Of a DNA stretch of 56,327 nucleotides, positions 29,301 to 38,807 are shown piece after piece. Within the stretch, counting starts at the first letter, position 1, and each line of letters starts with the position of its first letter. The stretch is from a virus (lineage: Duplodnaviria; Caudoviricetes): IMG/VR virus record IMGVR_UViG_3300022665_000963, positions 1-56,327 of that record. One strand, 5' to 3'. A program made the translations under genes and the position numbers. Under the pieces are notes generated by a model that did no database searches, was not told where the DNA came from, and saw only the letters and a list, made by a program, of their open reading frames with translations.

Positions 29301-29925
29301 CGGTATCGATGTAGAGATCATCCAGTTCCGTGACGTAGTCACAAACACGGACGGGTCTTTCACCCTGAGTGGATTGCTCAGGGGCCGGAGGGGCAGTGAG
29401 AGCTTCACAGATAGCCATTCGATCGGTGACACCTTTGTCCTACTCGACGCAATCACAGCGGGAAATCTTCAGCTCACCCTGAGTGAAGTCGATCAGACAC
29501 GTTTCTACCGGGCAATAACTACCGGGCAGTTATTCGAGGACGCCCTCAGCATAACTAAGGCCAGCCCGGGCAATGACCTCAAGCCATATGCCCCAGTGTC
29601 ACAGGCTGCAGCTGCGAGTGGGAATGATATCGACTTCACCTGGGAGCGTCGAACTCGTGTTGGTGGCGGACTCAAGGACGGGGTAGGCGGGGTGCCCCTG
29701 AATGAGGATACCGAGTCATACGAGATAGATATCTTTGATAGCCCAGGCGGTACCATCGTGCGTACGATCACCGGGTTATCCACGACGTCCATAACATACA
29801 CCGAGGCACAACAGATTACCGATGGTTTTTCACCACCGCTGAGTCAGATTACAATTAGCATTTTTCAGATAAGCGCACAGGTCGGTCGTGGATTCACAAA
29901 AGAGGTAACATTGAATGTCGAATAA
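26383..29925 (+). CDS. central tail fibre / host-specificity protein (gpJ/GTA megatron-like)
   Basis: 1180 aa; GPRLGDL, RIWADGKL, PAFRG, YGNRIP and LSGLLRGRRG motifs. Confidence 0.9.
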   Translation: MAILLAVGGAALGSAIGIGASAGWIVGTLIGTLLFPPAGVTTEGPRLGDLSVTSSAYGVTIQKSFGTIRMGGNMIWSTGIEEVKNEKKVGGKGLGASQTQITFEYFASFAIAFGEGVTEDVLRIWADGKLIFDRTSTSDDISKANLSFRFYPGDETQEPDSLIEADIGVNSTPAFRGITYIVFDTFPLKDYGNRIPSITAEITSNASAALNVETADFFTVAEGGIADSFRNDQLLPDFDRGVFYTAKSSATLGQNILRRFQTRTMVEDRQKAYTQDKTPENISTMVLQAVLKNGAIIMQSGTGNGTPFSLINPDSLDIVDTFGDNTGGVGVFTTTQFPHPIDSTSTQVTVQGTTGLEFYYITTALLSRNFGILKVTDSALTYVYDSETAGNSFPSGVVAASGPGAIGQNFGEFYILHKNASVLNVGNSFELSRVRIPAGAFHDFTTGAVAGVEVSLIKVYSAADLFPSAAFLGNFVGLMYDETDDTIIFEFQAVNASFVEIGKRIVKIDPDTGNQLWSTDVPIGVRTQKNSSNMTRLTDGVYSRVAGTTSFSIRTATGEIFDNTTGWPIANGNSKAAYWDSKTSSYIGNILAGGTLHKWLFFRGAGEGALLSDVVQAICLDTGLAASDIDVTDLASETVPGYMIGRQTTARNSIQVLAQAFFFDGIESDFLLKFTLREGKTSTATILQRDLGVLDSQTGDFFQETRIQEVELPRRFSVTFLDRDEDYTQGNQSAQRILSPVSSSQSNNEMGLQIAAAFTSDFAKRIAEKQLFSAWIERSNYKITVAWKFLAIDPADIITIITDDGTTFRGRVTQSDVGAGFVMDITSVSEDAAQYTSTVVADPGTGVPDQEFLSVADTKLIMICSPLLRDSDDTGRTTSQIYFVMGGFGQPGWTSGTLFKSAEGTEFTDVGSVVNEVAYGSASNALGDVVDPFSTDETNTLTIFMTTGSSQVVSTTQLEMVNGANPAALIHSNGIDVEIIQFRDVVTNTDGSFTLSGLLRGRRGSESFTDSHSIGDTFVLLDAITAGNLQLTLSEVDQTRFYRAITTGQLFEDALSITKASPGNDLKPYAPVSQAAAASGNDIDFTWERRTRVGGGLKDGVGGVPLNEDTESYEIDIFDSPGGTIVRTITGLSTTSITYTEAQQITDGFSPPLSQITISIFQISAQVGRGFTKEVTLNVE

Positions 29926-30640
29926 TATAGGAAGAACCGAGGTCGCTGCCGATCAGAACCAGAAAGAGGTCACCATAAATGATTCTGACGGTCGCATCGA
30001 TGCTGCTTTAACGGAAGTACGCATAGATGATTATGTTTCTGGTAACATAACTCTGACGGCTTCTCAATTTCAGCAGGCTGTTACATTTGAAACACTTAAT
30101 CTGACTGTGGCAAGAGATTTGACTGTGACTGCCACCAAGAAGTTATTTGTGGTGGATAACACTGCGGGTACAGCAGCATTAACGGTTAAAATAGGCACTG
30201 GTTCGGTAGCGGTACCCACCACTGAAACACGCCTCTGCTATACAGATGGAACAGCCAACGGAATCATAGAAGTGGGCGCGGCAGGTGCAGGAGGAGCTAA
30301 TCCATATGATGTAGGGATGTTTCTACCTGGCGTGCCAACTAATAGTCAACTTTTACTACAGTATGTTTTTGTTAGGGCAGTAGATTTTCCGGATGAATTC
30401 GTTGGTTCAAAAGGTCTGGTTGGTACAAATCCAACTGCTGCAGCTACCATCGATGTGAAGAAGAATGGTACCAGTATTGGTACAATCAGCATCACAACAG
30501 GTGGTGTGGTGACATTCGTTACAGCTGGGGCTGGTGTAGAAAATTTTGTTGCGGGAGATAAGCTCGAACTGATAGCGCAGGCATCAGCGGATGCTACACT
30601 AGCAGATATATCAATCACATTTAATGGAACAAGGATTTAA
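29915..30640 (+). CDS. tail fibre/adaptor protein
   Basis: QNQKEVTIN N-terminus as in GTA/phage fibre proteins; ADATLADISIT C-terminus. Confidence 0.65.
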   Translation: MSNNIGRTEVAADQNQKEVTINDSDGRIDAALTEVRIDDYVSGNITLTASQFQQAVTFETLNLTVARDLTVTATKKLFVVDNTAGTAALTVKIGTGSVAVPTTETRLCYTDGTANGIIEVGAAGAGGANPYDVGMFLPGVPTNSQLLLQYVFVRAVDFPDEFVGSKGLVGTNPTAAATIDVKKNGTSIGTISITTGGVVTFVTAGAGVENFVAGDKLELIAQASADATLADISITFNGTRI

Positions 30641-30645
30641 TAAAA

Positions 30646-31656
30646 ATGACAATACTTTTTATGGATGGTATGGATCTATATGGGGTGACTGCTGATCTAT
30701 CCACTAGATACGCGGCAGTTAATGGCACTAATATAACCTATAGCGCAACTTCAGGCAGATTTGGAGGAGGTGGAATTACAGTATCTGATGACGATAAGTA
30801 CTTTAATGCTCCTATTGCGGGAACACCTCAAACTGCGGTAATTAGTTTTGGAGTATTCAGAACTACAGTGCCAAGTGCTGCGGATATAGTGTTTAGAGCT
30901 AATAATAGTGGTGCCGGAAATATAAATTTTCGTACAATAGCAGCCCTCCCTGATATACAGATAAGAAGAGGCCCTACTACTATTTTAGGTTCTTTCTCGC
31001 TTAGTCTTAATACCTTCCATTGGGTTTCTATTAAGATAAAAGTAGCCAATACTGGCGGCACTATTGACGTTGAGGTTGATGGTGTAAATGTGTTTAGTTT
31101 TACCGGGGACACTCTTAATTCAGGCACGGAGACTAATAACTCATTCGACTTTGGGGGTGATATAAACCAAGATTTCACGTATGATGATATCATCATAACG
31201 GATATAGCAGGTTCTGCTCCTTTCAATGCCTTACTAGCTGACAGACGTATCGACACCATTCTACCCAATGCAACGGGGGATAGTGCAGGATTTACCGCAT
31301 CACCCGTGGTTGATAACTTTCTGAATGTTGATGACACAGCCCCAGATGGGGATACCACTCATGTTGAGGCAGAAGTCGCTGCTACAAAAGATCTATATAA
31401 TATGGCCTCTATGGGTTTTAGCCCCTCAGCTATTGATGCAGTCAATGTAGTTGCCCTGTCCAAGAATCCAGACGCAGGCGGCACTCAGTACAAGCTCAAG
31501 GTAAAGAGTGGGGTAACTGAGGGCACTGGTTCGGCAATTACTCCCACCACAGGATACCAGTATGATGATGAGGTATTCTTGACCAATCCTGATACTACTG
31601 CTGCTTGGACTGAGAGTGAAGTTAACAGTATGCAGGCTGGTATGGAGATTGTTTAA
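30646..31656 (+). CDS. putative receptor-binding virion protein (lectin-like N-domain)
   Basis: Beta-rich; GRFGG, YDDIII and NPDTTAAWT motifs; AT-rich. Confidence 0.6.
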   Translation: MTILFMDGMDLYGVTADLSTRYAAVNGTNITYSATSGRFGGGGITVSDDDKYFNAPIAGTPQTAVISFGVFRTTVPSAADIVFRANNSGAGNINFRTIAALPDIQIRRGPTTILGSFSLSLNTFHWVSIKIKVANTGGTIDVEVDGVNVFSFTGDTLNSGTETNNSFDFGGDINQDFTYDDIIITDIAGSAPFNALLADRRIDTILPNATGDSAGFTASPVVDNFLNVDDTAPDGDTTHVEAEVAATKDLYNMASMGFSPSAIDAVNVVALSKNPDAGGTQYKLKVKSGVTEGTGSAITPTTGYQYDDEVFLTNPDTTAAWTESEVNSMQAGMEIV

Positions 31657-31856
31657 TGGCTGATCGTAACCGTATCACACAGATCGGTGTCGAGACTATA
31701 TCCCAAGGTAAACTCGCCCGTATCACACAGGTCGGTGTCGAGACTATATCTCAAGGTAAACTCGCCCGTATCACACAGGTCGGTGTCGAGATTATAACAA
31801 ATGAAATAGTAACTCCCACTGGGGGTGTGCAGCCTATAATTATAATCTCAACCTGA
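31656..31856 (+). CDS. small repeat protein (RITQxGVE x3)
   Basis: 66-aa ORF built from a 48-bp tandem repeat. Confidence 0.6.
   Translation: MADRNRITQIGVETISQGKLARITQVGVETISQGKLARITQVGVEIITNEIVTPTGGVQPIIIIST
31670..31791 (+). repeat. 48-bp tandem repeat, about 2.5 copies
   Basis: Unit ccgtatcacacag(a/g)tcggtgtcgagactatatc(c/t)caaggtaaactcgc. Confidence 0.95.
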
Positions 31857-32122
31857 TGAATATAAAAATGACCGAAAATGAAAAAGAAAATAAGATCCCA
31901 TGGTGGTTTCGTAGGAAGGCAGTTAAAATAGCTGCATATTCCGCAATTATACTCGTGGCGTACGTGGTCATAACCGCTGTATTTGTCCCGGGGGCGGCGG
32001 AATCCCTCGAGAGAGTATCGGGCATTATTCTAGCCTATATAGCGGCCTGCAAGGGCTTACTGGCTTGGTACATGTACAGCAAGAAAGATTCATCACCAGA
32101 TAAGGAAAGCAATAATGACTAA
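31856..32122 (+). CDS. putative holin (two TM segments)
   Basis: Two hydrophobic helices and charged termini; overlaps the endolysin start. Confidence 0.6.
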   Translation: MNIKMTENEKENKIPWWFRRKAVKIAAYSAIILVAYVVITAVFVPGAAESLERVSGIILAYIAACKGLLAWYMYSKKDSSPDKESNND

Positions 32123-32600
32123 AGGCAAGTATAAACTGGGTAAACGTAGCTGTGAAAACCTCGAGGGAGTACATCCACTCGTGGTCAAGGTGGTCAAGCG
32201 TGCCATAGAGATAACTGAACAGGATTTCACTGTATTCGACGGCCTCCGTAGCATGACGCGACAGAGAAAACTCGTCGCGGATAAGAAGTCCAGGACCATG
32301 AAGTCGAAACATCTCAAGCAACCTGATGGTCATGGCCACGCTGTCGACCTTGTACCCTTCATAGATGGTAAACTTAAATGGGACTGGAACGCCATCTACA
32401 TCATAACGAAGGCCATGCGTCAGGCAGCCACGGAACTGGGAGTAAATATACGCTGGGGTGGATGCTGGCAGGTGATCACCGGCACGTCGCTGGACCCCAA
32501 GGACCTGGCCAAGCAGTACGTGGCCAAGCGCAAGCGCCAGGGCCGGAAGTTCTTCACGGACGGTCCCCACTTTGAATTAAGGATGAAGATAAAGACCTAG
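32115..32600 (+). CDS. endolysin, M15-family (L-Ala-D-Glu) peptidase
   Basis: GLRS..RQ, SKHL, GHAVDL and DGPHFEL zinc motifs. Confidence 0.9.
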   Translation: MTKGKYKLGKRSCENLEGVHPLVVKVVKRAIEITEQDFTVFDGLRSMTRQRKLVADKKSRTMKSKHLKQPDGHGHAVDLVPFIDGKLKWDWNAIYIITKAMRQAATELGVNIRWGGCWQVITGTSLDPKDLAKQYVAKRKRQGRKFFTDGPHFELRMKIKT

Positions 32601-32689
32601 GGAGTATTAAGGTGGTAAACCTTCGAAGGTATTATCGCCTTAAATATATCGGTAGTATAAATTCATAAACTACTATACGGGTTAATACA

Positions 32690-33175
32690 ATGTTTGGACT
32701 ATCTGGGATAAAGTTAGGATTATTGGGCCTAGGAGCCCTGGCAGTGATACTGACCATCGGCCTGGCCTTCAACCACTATACTGGCCTGATCGACACGGTG
32801 ACGGCCCTCGAGAAGAACAACACGACTCTGACCACTGCGGTGGAACTGCAGAAGACGGACCTCGAGGAGCATAGTGAGGCCATAGATGAGTGGGAGACTT
32901 CCCAGGATACCCTAGTTGACAGGATGGATGAGCTTCGGCAGATTTCAATCAAAGCTTCTAAAGAAAGGAGACGGCTCAATGGCATATTCTCGCGCCATGA
33001 CTTTACCCACCTCGCAAGAACCAAGCCGGGTCTTATTGAGCGGCGTATTAATACTGGCACTGCTGCTGCTCTCCGCATGCTCGAGTGTTCCTCAGGAGCT
33101 GTTAATAAAGACTGCCCCGTCAGAAATCAAGAGGCCAGACAAACGTCCGAACCTGCCCAATCCCCAACCAATTGA
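32690..33175 (+). CDS. i-spanin (Rz-like)
   Basis: N-terminal TM, coiled coil, KPGLIERRIN, C-terminal cysteines. Confidence 0.8.
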   Translation: MFGLSGIKLGLLGLGALAVILTIGLAFNHYTGLIDTVTALEKNNTTLTTAVELQKTDLEEHSEAIDEWETSQDTLVDRMDELRQISIKASKERRRLNGIFSRHDFTHLARTKPGLIERRINTGTAAALRMLECSSGAVNKDCPVRNQEARQTSEPAQSPTN

Positions 33176-33398
33176 ACAGCTACAATTTAAGTGGAAGGTC
33201 CTCACCCCCGATAGATTACCTGAGGGTAATAACTGGGTATTCTTTGGCATAACGCCAAAACAGTATGAGGGCATGTCCCTAAATACTTTAGAAATAGATA
33301 GGTTCATGAAGGAAGCCCTGTGGCTCTTCAGGTATTACCGGGGGGAATTACCAGCGAATACGACGCCCCCCTCCCCCGCTAAAGAAGAGGTGAAGTAG
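32979..33398 (+). CDS. o-spanin lipoprotein (Rz1-like)
   Basis: Overlaps the i-spanin; AAGGAG RBS; lipobox LLSAC; Pro-rich. Confidence 0.8.
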   Translation: MAYSRAMTLPTSQEPSRVLLSGVLILALLLLSACSSVPQELLIKTAPSEIKRPDKRPNLPNPQPIEQLQFKWKVLTPDRLPEGNNWVFFGITPKQYEGMSLNTLEIDRFMKEALWLFRYYRGELPANTTPPSPAKEEVK

Positions 33399-33401
33399 CC
33401 C

Positions 33402-33713
33402 ATGGATAATGAGACACAAGCCCTGATGAAGCAGATGGCCAAGGCCACCGCCGATGAAGCCGTCAAGCAGATCCTCCTCACTATCGGGATAGACCAGGCC
33501 CATCCAATCGAAGCCCAGAAGGACATGGCCGCCCTGCGTGAGCTACGCCTGTTGATCGACGACGACGAGTTCAGGAAGGACATGCTCCACCTGAGACGCT
33601 GGCGTAAGACGATGGACGGTGTGGAAAATAAGGGAATAATGGCCGCAATAGGTATGACCTGCATCGGGGGGATAGCACTGATGCTGTACGCTTTCAAGAT
33701 AAAGTTATTCTAG
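33402..33713 (+). CDS. membrane protein with a C-terminal TM (lysis-associated?)
   Basis: Helical N-part plus one C-terminal hydrophobic helix. Confidence 0.6.
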   Translation: MDNETQALMKQMAKATADEAVKQILLTIGIDQAHPIEAQKDMAALRELRLLIDDDEFRKDMLHLRRWRKTMDGVENKGIMAAIGMTCIGGIALMLYAFKIKLF

Positions 33714-33729
33714 TAATAAGGAATTATTC

Positions 33730-35345
33730 ATGGCAAGACCCCAGATCCCCGAAGAGGAGCTCATGCTGGCTGCACAGGCCTACTACGACCACGGTGGAAA
33801 TAAGGCCGAGGCCGCCCGTGCCCTGGGGTTAAAATCACAGACATACCTCGACCGCTTGACCATGGCACAGCAGCGCCTGGGCATAAAGATAGGTAAAGTC
33901 GTCGATGGTAAGGTGGAGAGGACCGAGAGCCTCCAGTATAAGTTACCGATCAAGAGCCACATAAAACGCTACATCCTTACTTCCATACAGAACAACACCC
34001 ACCTGCATCCTGGTTTTAATAACCTACTGGCATACCTTGACTGGCTCGATGGTTTGGACGACGCCAGCTGCGAGTTACTGATCGGCACCTACTCCTACCA
34101 GCTGAATGCCTACGGGGCCAAAGCTGTGAAAAGAGGTACCTATAAAAATACCTCTTTTGAAAATGTATGGTATGCCCCTGAGGCGGAGCGGTATATATCC
34201 GATAAGAGTATCGAACTCGCCCCGGGTCTGGTCTGGTGTGGCGAACAAAATATCCTACCGACCACTAAATATCCCCTGACCTCTTTCGAAGACTACAACG
34301 GACGTAAATCCAACATCGTACCGCACTCCAAGATATCCATGGAGAGTGTAGCCTCGATGGCTAACGAGGCGACCAAGTTCAACTACTCGACCGGCACGAT
34401 TACCCAGAGGAACTACATCCAGAAGCGTGCGGGCATCCTGGCGGAACAGAAGCACCACTATGGGGCTCTGCTCGTCGAGGTGGACTGTGAGGGTAACTGG
34501 TGGGTGCGTCAGCTACATATAGACCGGGAGGACGGCATAATGGACGTCGGGCCTAAGGGTTCCGGTGGGGTATACATCCAGTCCGGTCAGGTACACAACG
34601 AGAGGGTGACCGAGAGCATATACTGGGGAGATGCCCACGCAGCTGAGCTGGAATTGTGGGTACGCGAGCTGGGGTGGGGTAACGGTGGGATGCTCGACAC
34701 CCTGCGACCCCCGTACCAACTCATGGGCGACGTGCTGTCCATGCGCACCCGGGGCCACCACGAGATGCGAGACTTCCAGAGGAGACCGTTAAGGAGGAAG
34801 TCCAACTGACCGCGGACTTCGTCAGCGAGGCCGACCGCAAATGGTGCGAGACGGTGATCATAGCATCCAACCATGACAGGCACCTGGAGAGGTGGCTGAA
34901 CGAGGCAGACTTCCGACAGGATCCGGTCAATGCCAAGTATTTCATGGAACTCCAGTGGCAGATGCTCGACGCCATAGACCGGGGCGACAAGGACTTCAAT
35001 ATACTGGAGTGGTCCCTCTTAAAAACAGGGGTATCGACCGAAGTGCGATTCCTTGGCCTTGATGAGAGTTTCGTCATAAAGGGAGTAGAGAGCGGTCTAC
35101 ACGGGGATCTAGGACCCAACGGATCGAGAGGATCGACACGCGCTCTGACCAAACTTGGCCGACCGATAAACAAAGGCCACGATCATACTGCTGCCATAAG
35201 GGACCAAGTATATTCCTCGGGTGCCTGCTCCTTGAGCTTCCCCTATATGAAAGGTCCGAATTCACATTCCGTCAGTCACATAACGACCTATAAGAACGGA
35301 AAACGGGCCCTAATAACGATGTGGTCGGATAAGTGGAGAGCTTAG
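33730..35345 (+). pseudogene. T5 A1-like metallophosphoesterase/nuclease with an N-terminal HTH, split by a frameshift near 34777
   Basis: ILTSIQNNT, STGT.T.RNYIQ and GDAH in ORF 33730..34809; SNHD, HGD.G.NGSRG and GHDH in the -1 frame to 35345. Confidence 0.75.
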
Positions 35346-35421
35346 GCCAATAATGTTCTTGGTTGTTTAGTACGTAATCCATATGCACAGTCTTAAATCT
35401 CGATATACGAAGTAGAAATAT

Positions 35422-35453
35422 AGCCTCAACATCTTCGATGACGTTGAGGCTTT
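35422..35453. terminator. hairpin between the convergent genome arms
   Basis: AGCCTCAAC...GTTGAGGCT inverted repeat. Confidence 0.65.
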
Positions 35454-35497
35454 GCACTACCTAGAAATAAGCTACCGAGTACTTTTCGTCTGAGATT

Positions 35498-37252
35498 CTA
35501 ACTGCATTCTTGACGACCGGTTGCAGGGTCTATGGAGCATGCAGAGGCCGATTCAGTAGCTTCTGTTCCCTCGTGCTCCGACTTCCCGGCGTTCAGTATG
35601 CCAGCACGTTTGCCATCCTCGTTGAAAGTCGTGCAGCCCTTACATCCCCTCTCCCAGGCCTGGATGTATATATTTTTGAACTCTTCCCAGGGCATGTTGC
35701 CGTTCACATTGCAGGTCTTGGATACGGCGCTGTCCACAAGGACTGATGCCGCGGCGAGCACGTCGATATGCTCCTGAGCGGTAACCTCGTTAGCCAGGCG
35801 GCCCTTCACCTTGAACTCTCGGTACCCGTAGTCAGAGACTTCCACGGTGACCTGTCCGTCAGGCATTATCACCGAACGCTGGTCCTCGTATTTGTGTACT
35901 GGTTCTATTCCACTGGAGACGTAATCCGCGCAGAATGATATGGTGCCCGTGGGCGCTATGGATGTGAGGTGGCTGTTACGTAGGCCCCTCTCATAGATGG
36001 CCTCACGGACGTGCTCGGGCAGGGTCTTAGCGTGTTCACCTGCCAGGAACAGGTCACGGTCATACTTCGGGAAGGAGCCCTTCTCCTGGGCGAGGACCGT
36101 GCTTGTGAGGTATGCCCCGTCCCTCAGTTCTTCCAGGATCTGTAGTTCAAAATCCATGAACTCGGGACTCGCGTAAGGGAAGCCGAGTGCCTCGGCCGCG
36201 TTCGCTAGGCCCGTGATGCCGAGGCCCATGCGCCGCTTGGCCACCGCGTCCATCTTCTGCTGGGGTAGGGGGTACCGGGCGCGGTCGATCACGTTATCCA
36301 TGGCCCGTACCACTGGAGGGATATCATGCTCTAACATATCCCAGTCGAAGTAGTAGTCCGTGTTGGAGGCCTGGGGATTAACAGTACGACGCTTGATGTA
36401 CTTAACCAGGTTGAAGGAGCCCAGGAGACAGGCCCCGAAAGGTGGGAGGGGTTGTTCACCACAGGGATTGGTGGCGGCAATTGTCTCACAGTACCAGAGG
36501 TTGTTGTACCTGTTAATCGTGTCGATGAAGAGTACCCCGGGTTCACCCCAGTCCCAGGTTGATCGCATGACCATTTCCCACAGGGCCACCGGGTCCACCT
36601 CGCGGTAGGTCTCGCCGTTCCATTTGAGCGGGAAGGGCTTTTTCTGGGCGAGACACTCCATGAATTTATCCGTGACGGCGATTGACAGGTTGAATCCCTC
36701 CAGGACGTTGGTATTCTGTTTCGCGAGGATAAAGGCCTCGATATCGGGATGGTCGATCCGCATGATGCCCATCTGGGCCCCCCGACGGTTGCCCGCGGAA
36801 GACGTAGCCTTGCATATGGCATCGAATATGGGTAGGAAGGCCATGGGTCCATCGGTCCTGGCCATGACGCCCCTGATTATGTCTCCGTTGGGACGCAGGG
36901 TCGAGAAGTCATACCCTATGCCTCCGCCCATCCGCATGGTCTGGGCCGCCTCGGCCGCGCGCTGCATTATGGAGCCTTCCCCCGCCACGAAGCTGTCCTC
37001 TATGGTTCCACTGACAAAGCAGTTGTAGGGGGTCACGGTCTTCGGAGAGCCCATCGCAGCCTGTATACGGCCCCCGAACATGAACCGCATATCCAGAAGA
37101 ATCGGTCTTAACTGTCGGAAGTGCTCCTCATTGTCCTCGAGGGCCGCAGCCGATCGGTTGATGCTCTCCCGGAAACTTTCGTTGGGTAACCTGTACTTGT
37201 CCCGATGAAGGATATTGCTGAAAAGTAGTTTGGGCCCGTACGAACGATCCAT
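35498..37252 (-). CDS. nrdJ: class II (adenosylcobalamin-dependent) ribonucleotide reductase
   Basis: NCFV, GGGIG, TNPCGEQPL, SIAPTGT and a C-terminal Cys pair; no nrdB in the window. Confidence 0.9.
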   Translation of the reverse strand: MDRSYGPKLLFSNILHRDKYRLPNESFRESINRSAAALEDNEEHFRQLRPILLDMRFMFGGRIQAAMGSPKTVTPYNCFVSGTIEDSFVAGEGSIMQRAAEAAQTMRMGGGIGYDFSTLRPNGDIIRGVMARTDGPMAFLPIFDAICKATSSAGNRRGAQMGIMRIDHPDIEAFILAKQNTNVLEGFNLSIAVTDKFMECLAQKKPFPLKWNGETYREVDPVALWEMVMRSTWDWGEPGVLFIDTINRYNNLWYCETIAATNPCGEQPLPPFGACLLGSFNLVKYIKRRTVNPQASNTDYYFDWDMLEHDIPPVVRAMDNVIDRARYPLPQQKMDAVAKRRMGLGITGLANAAEALGFPYASPEFMDFELQILEELRDGAYLTSTVLAQEKGSFPKYDRDLFLAGEHAKTLPEHVREAIYERGLRNSHLTSIAPTGTISFCADYVSSGIEPVHKYEDQRSVIMPDGQVTVEVSDYGYREFKVKGRLANEVTAQEHIDVLAAASVLVDSAVSKTCNVNGNMPWEEFKNIYIQAWERGCKGCTTFNEDGKRAGILNAGKSEHEGTEATESASACSIDPATGRQECS

Positions 37253-37430
37253 GGGGTATCTCCTTGTGTATACAGATACTTATACATAAAGTATCCGTAT
37301 AGCATACATATGTGAAGTTATCACTGGTCTAGCGATAAGTGAAAAAATTATTTGTAAAAAGCTATCCTTTATATTGTCATACTGACATCGAGGAGGACCG
37401 TCACACTGCTTATCGTGCCGTACTGACGGT

Positions 37431-37604
37431 CTATCTCCATCTTACTAGGATATAGAGAAGGATAAAAGGCCAGCCTACCTGTACCAAAATGTATGCCAGT
37501 CTTCCGAAGGGCTTATTTTTTCTACGAGCAGAGTGAGCCGACACCTCGGCCATGACCTGGCCAATGAGTAAATATACGATTACTATCAGGCATATTTTTG
37601 GCAC
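37431..37604 (-). CDS. small membrane protein
   Basis: Two hydrophobic segments; GTG start with GGAG RBS. Confidence 0.5.
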   Translation of the reverse strand: MPKICLIVIVYLLIGQVMAEVSAHSARRKNKPFGRLAYILVQVGWPFILLYILVRWR

Positions 37605-37694
37605 GATACTTGATCTCCATAGTGGGAATACTCTTTTCAGGTGTAACATCATTCCGAAATGTTACACCAGCAAGTATGATTACGGGACCGTCTC

Positions 37695-38249
37695 TTAGAC
37701 TTTGGCTTTGGCCTTGGCCCGGGGGCGACGTTGAGGAAGACGCAGATTCTCATAGCCGAACTCTTCGACCCGTATTTTCACTGAGTACCAACGAAGACAG
37801 GCAACCGTGGTCTTGCAGGATGAGAATTCAGCCTTGATGCGACGTATGATCTCATCGTAGGCAATGCCGACAGACCGGGCATGTTCATGCTTCTCATCTA
37901 TGACATTATCGGCACCCAATTTTTCGTCACGATCTTCGAAGAAGTCGACCAGACAGAGTAGCTCGATTGCCGCTGCCCTGATCGTACGCGTGGCAGGTTT
38001 TCCAGTCGCTTCAGTCTTGATTTCGCCGGCCGGTTTTGTCACGGTGGTCTTCTGTGGCACCTTGGCCTTGGCCTTCGTCAAAACCGTTTTTGGAGCCTTT
38101 TTAACTACCTGTCTACTGAGCGCCTCTATGCGATTGATCAAGAGGTCTTTGTTTTGTTTCCACTGTTTTAGGGGATGAGCTGGGTTGAGGCCGTTGTGTA
38201 TGCCGACCAGCTCCTTACTCGTCTTACCCTTGAGGTCTTTGGTAGTCAT
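37695..38249 (-). CDS. basic putative DNA-binding protein
   Basis: Lys-rich; KAEF..KT....L.WY..KIR motif shared with 42970..43230. Confidence 0.65.
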   Translation of the reverse strand: MTTKDLKGKTSKELVGIHNGLNPAHPLKQWKQNKDLLINRIEALSRQVVKKAPKTVLTKAKAKVPQKTTVTKPAGEIKTEATGKPATRTIRAAAIELLCLVDFFEDRDEKLGADNVIDEKHEHARSVGIAYDEIIRRIKAEFSSCKTTVACLRWYSVKIRVEEFGYENLRLPQRRPRAKAKAKV

Positions 38250-38300
38250 CTCACTGTCTCCTATAATGGCGGGCGATTAATGTCCCGCGTTCATAAGCCC

Positions 38301-38329
38301 ATTATAGATCAATCGAGGGGACTTGTAAA
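38301..38329 (-). promoter_or_regulatory. sigma70-type promoter
   Basis: TTTACA-N17-TATAAT. Confidence 0.8.
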
Positions 38330-38351
38330 CATAAAAGTGGGATTTTTATTT

Positions 38352-38807
38352 TTACTGGAGAAAATTGTCGTATTTTGAAGCTGCGATAATTATATCAGTC
38401 GCCGTGGCCTTTGGGTCTACGGCGGCATAATTTTTTAAGGCATCCTCAGTCATTCCACGCTTGAGAGCGCCCTGAAAATCCGCTGGTATAAGGTAGCGCC
38501 CCGCGGAGGCTCCCTGCCCGACTTGGATCAGTACGAAGGCCCTGCCACCAGCTTCTATCCGTCTGTTGAGCCAGGGCAGCTGGGCTGGTTCAAACCGGAG
38601 CTTTATCTTGGTCCGTGGGTTACTGGGCCGGGCCTCGCATTTCAACTCTATCCAGAACTGTATTCCCTTCAAGCAGCCCTCGACGTCTGCCATACCCATC
38701 ATCACGCTATTTTCGATACGATTCAGGTGAAGGTCCTTCTTGAATATGCGCTTGGTCTTGTTTAACCACCCCCACAATCGAGCTTCTCTGACTTTACCGT
38801 TAGCCAT
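38352..38807 (-). CDS. VRR-NUC/RecU-like Holliday junction resolvase
   Basis: E..LW, GMADV, WIELK and Q..WL PD-(D/E)xK motifs. Confidence 0.8.
   Translation of the reverse strand: MANGKVREARLWGWLNKTKRIFKKDLHLNRIENSVMMGMADVEGCLKGIQFWIELKCEARPSNPRTKIKLRFEPAQLPWLNRRIEAGGRAFVLIQVGQGASAGRYLIPADFQGALKRGMTEDALKNYAAVDPKATATDIIIAASKYDNFLQ

Noticed and set aside
31670-31791. Possible CRISPR-like array
   Set aside because: The units are contiguous near-identical 48-mers without unique spacers and encode an in-frame peptide repeat.
37255-37330. NrdR box or cobalamin riboswitch upstream of nrdJ
   Set aside because: Only short AT-rich palindromes; no match to the NrdR consensus, and no riboswitch-like features that I can recognise.
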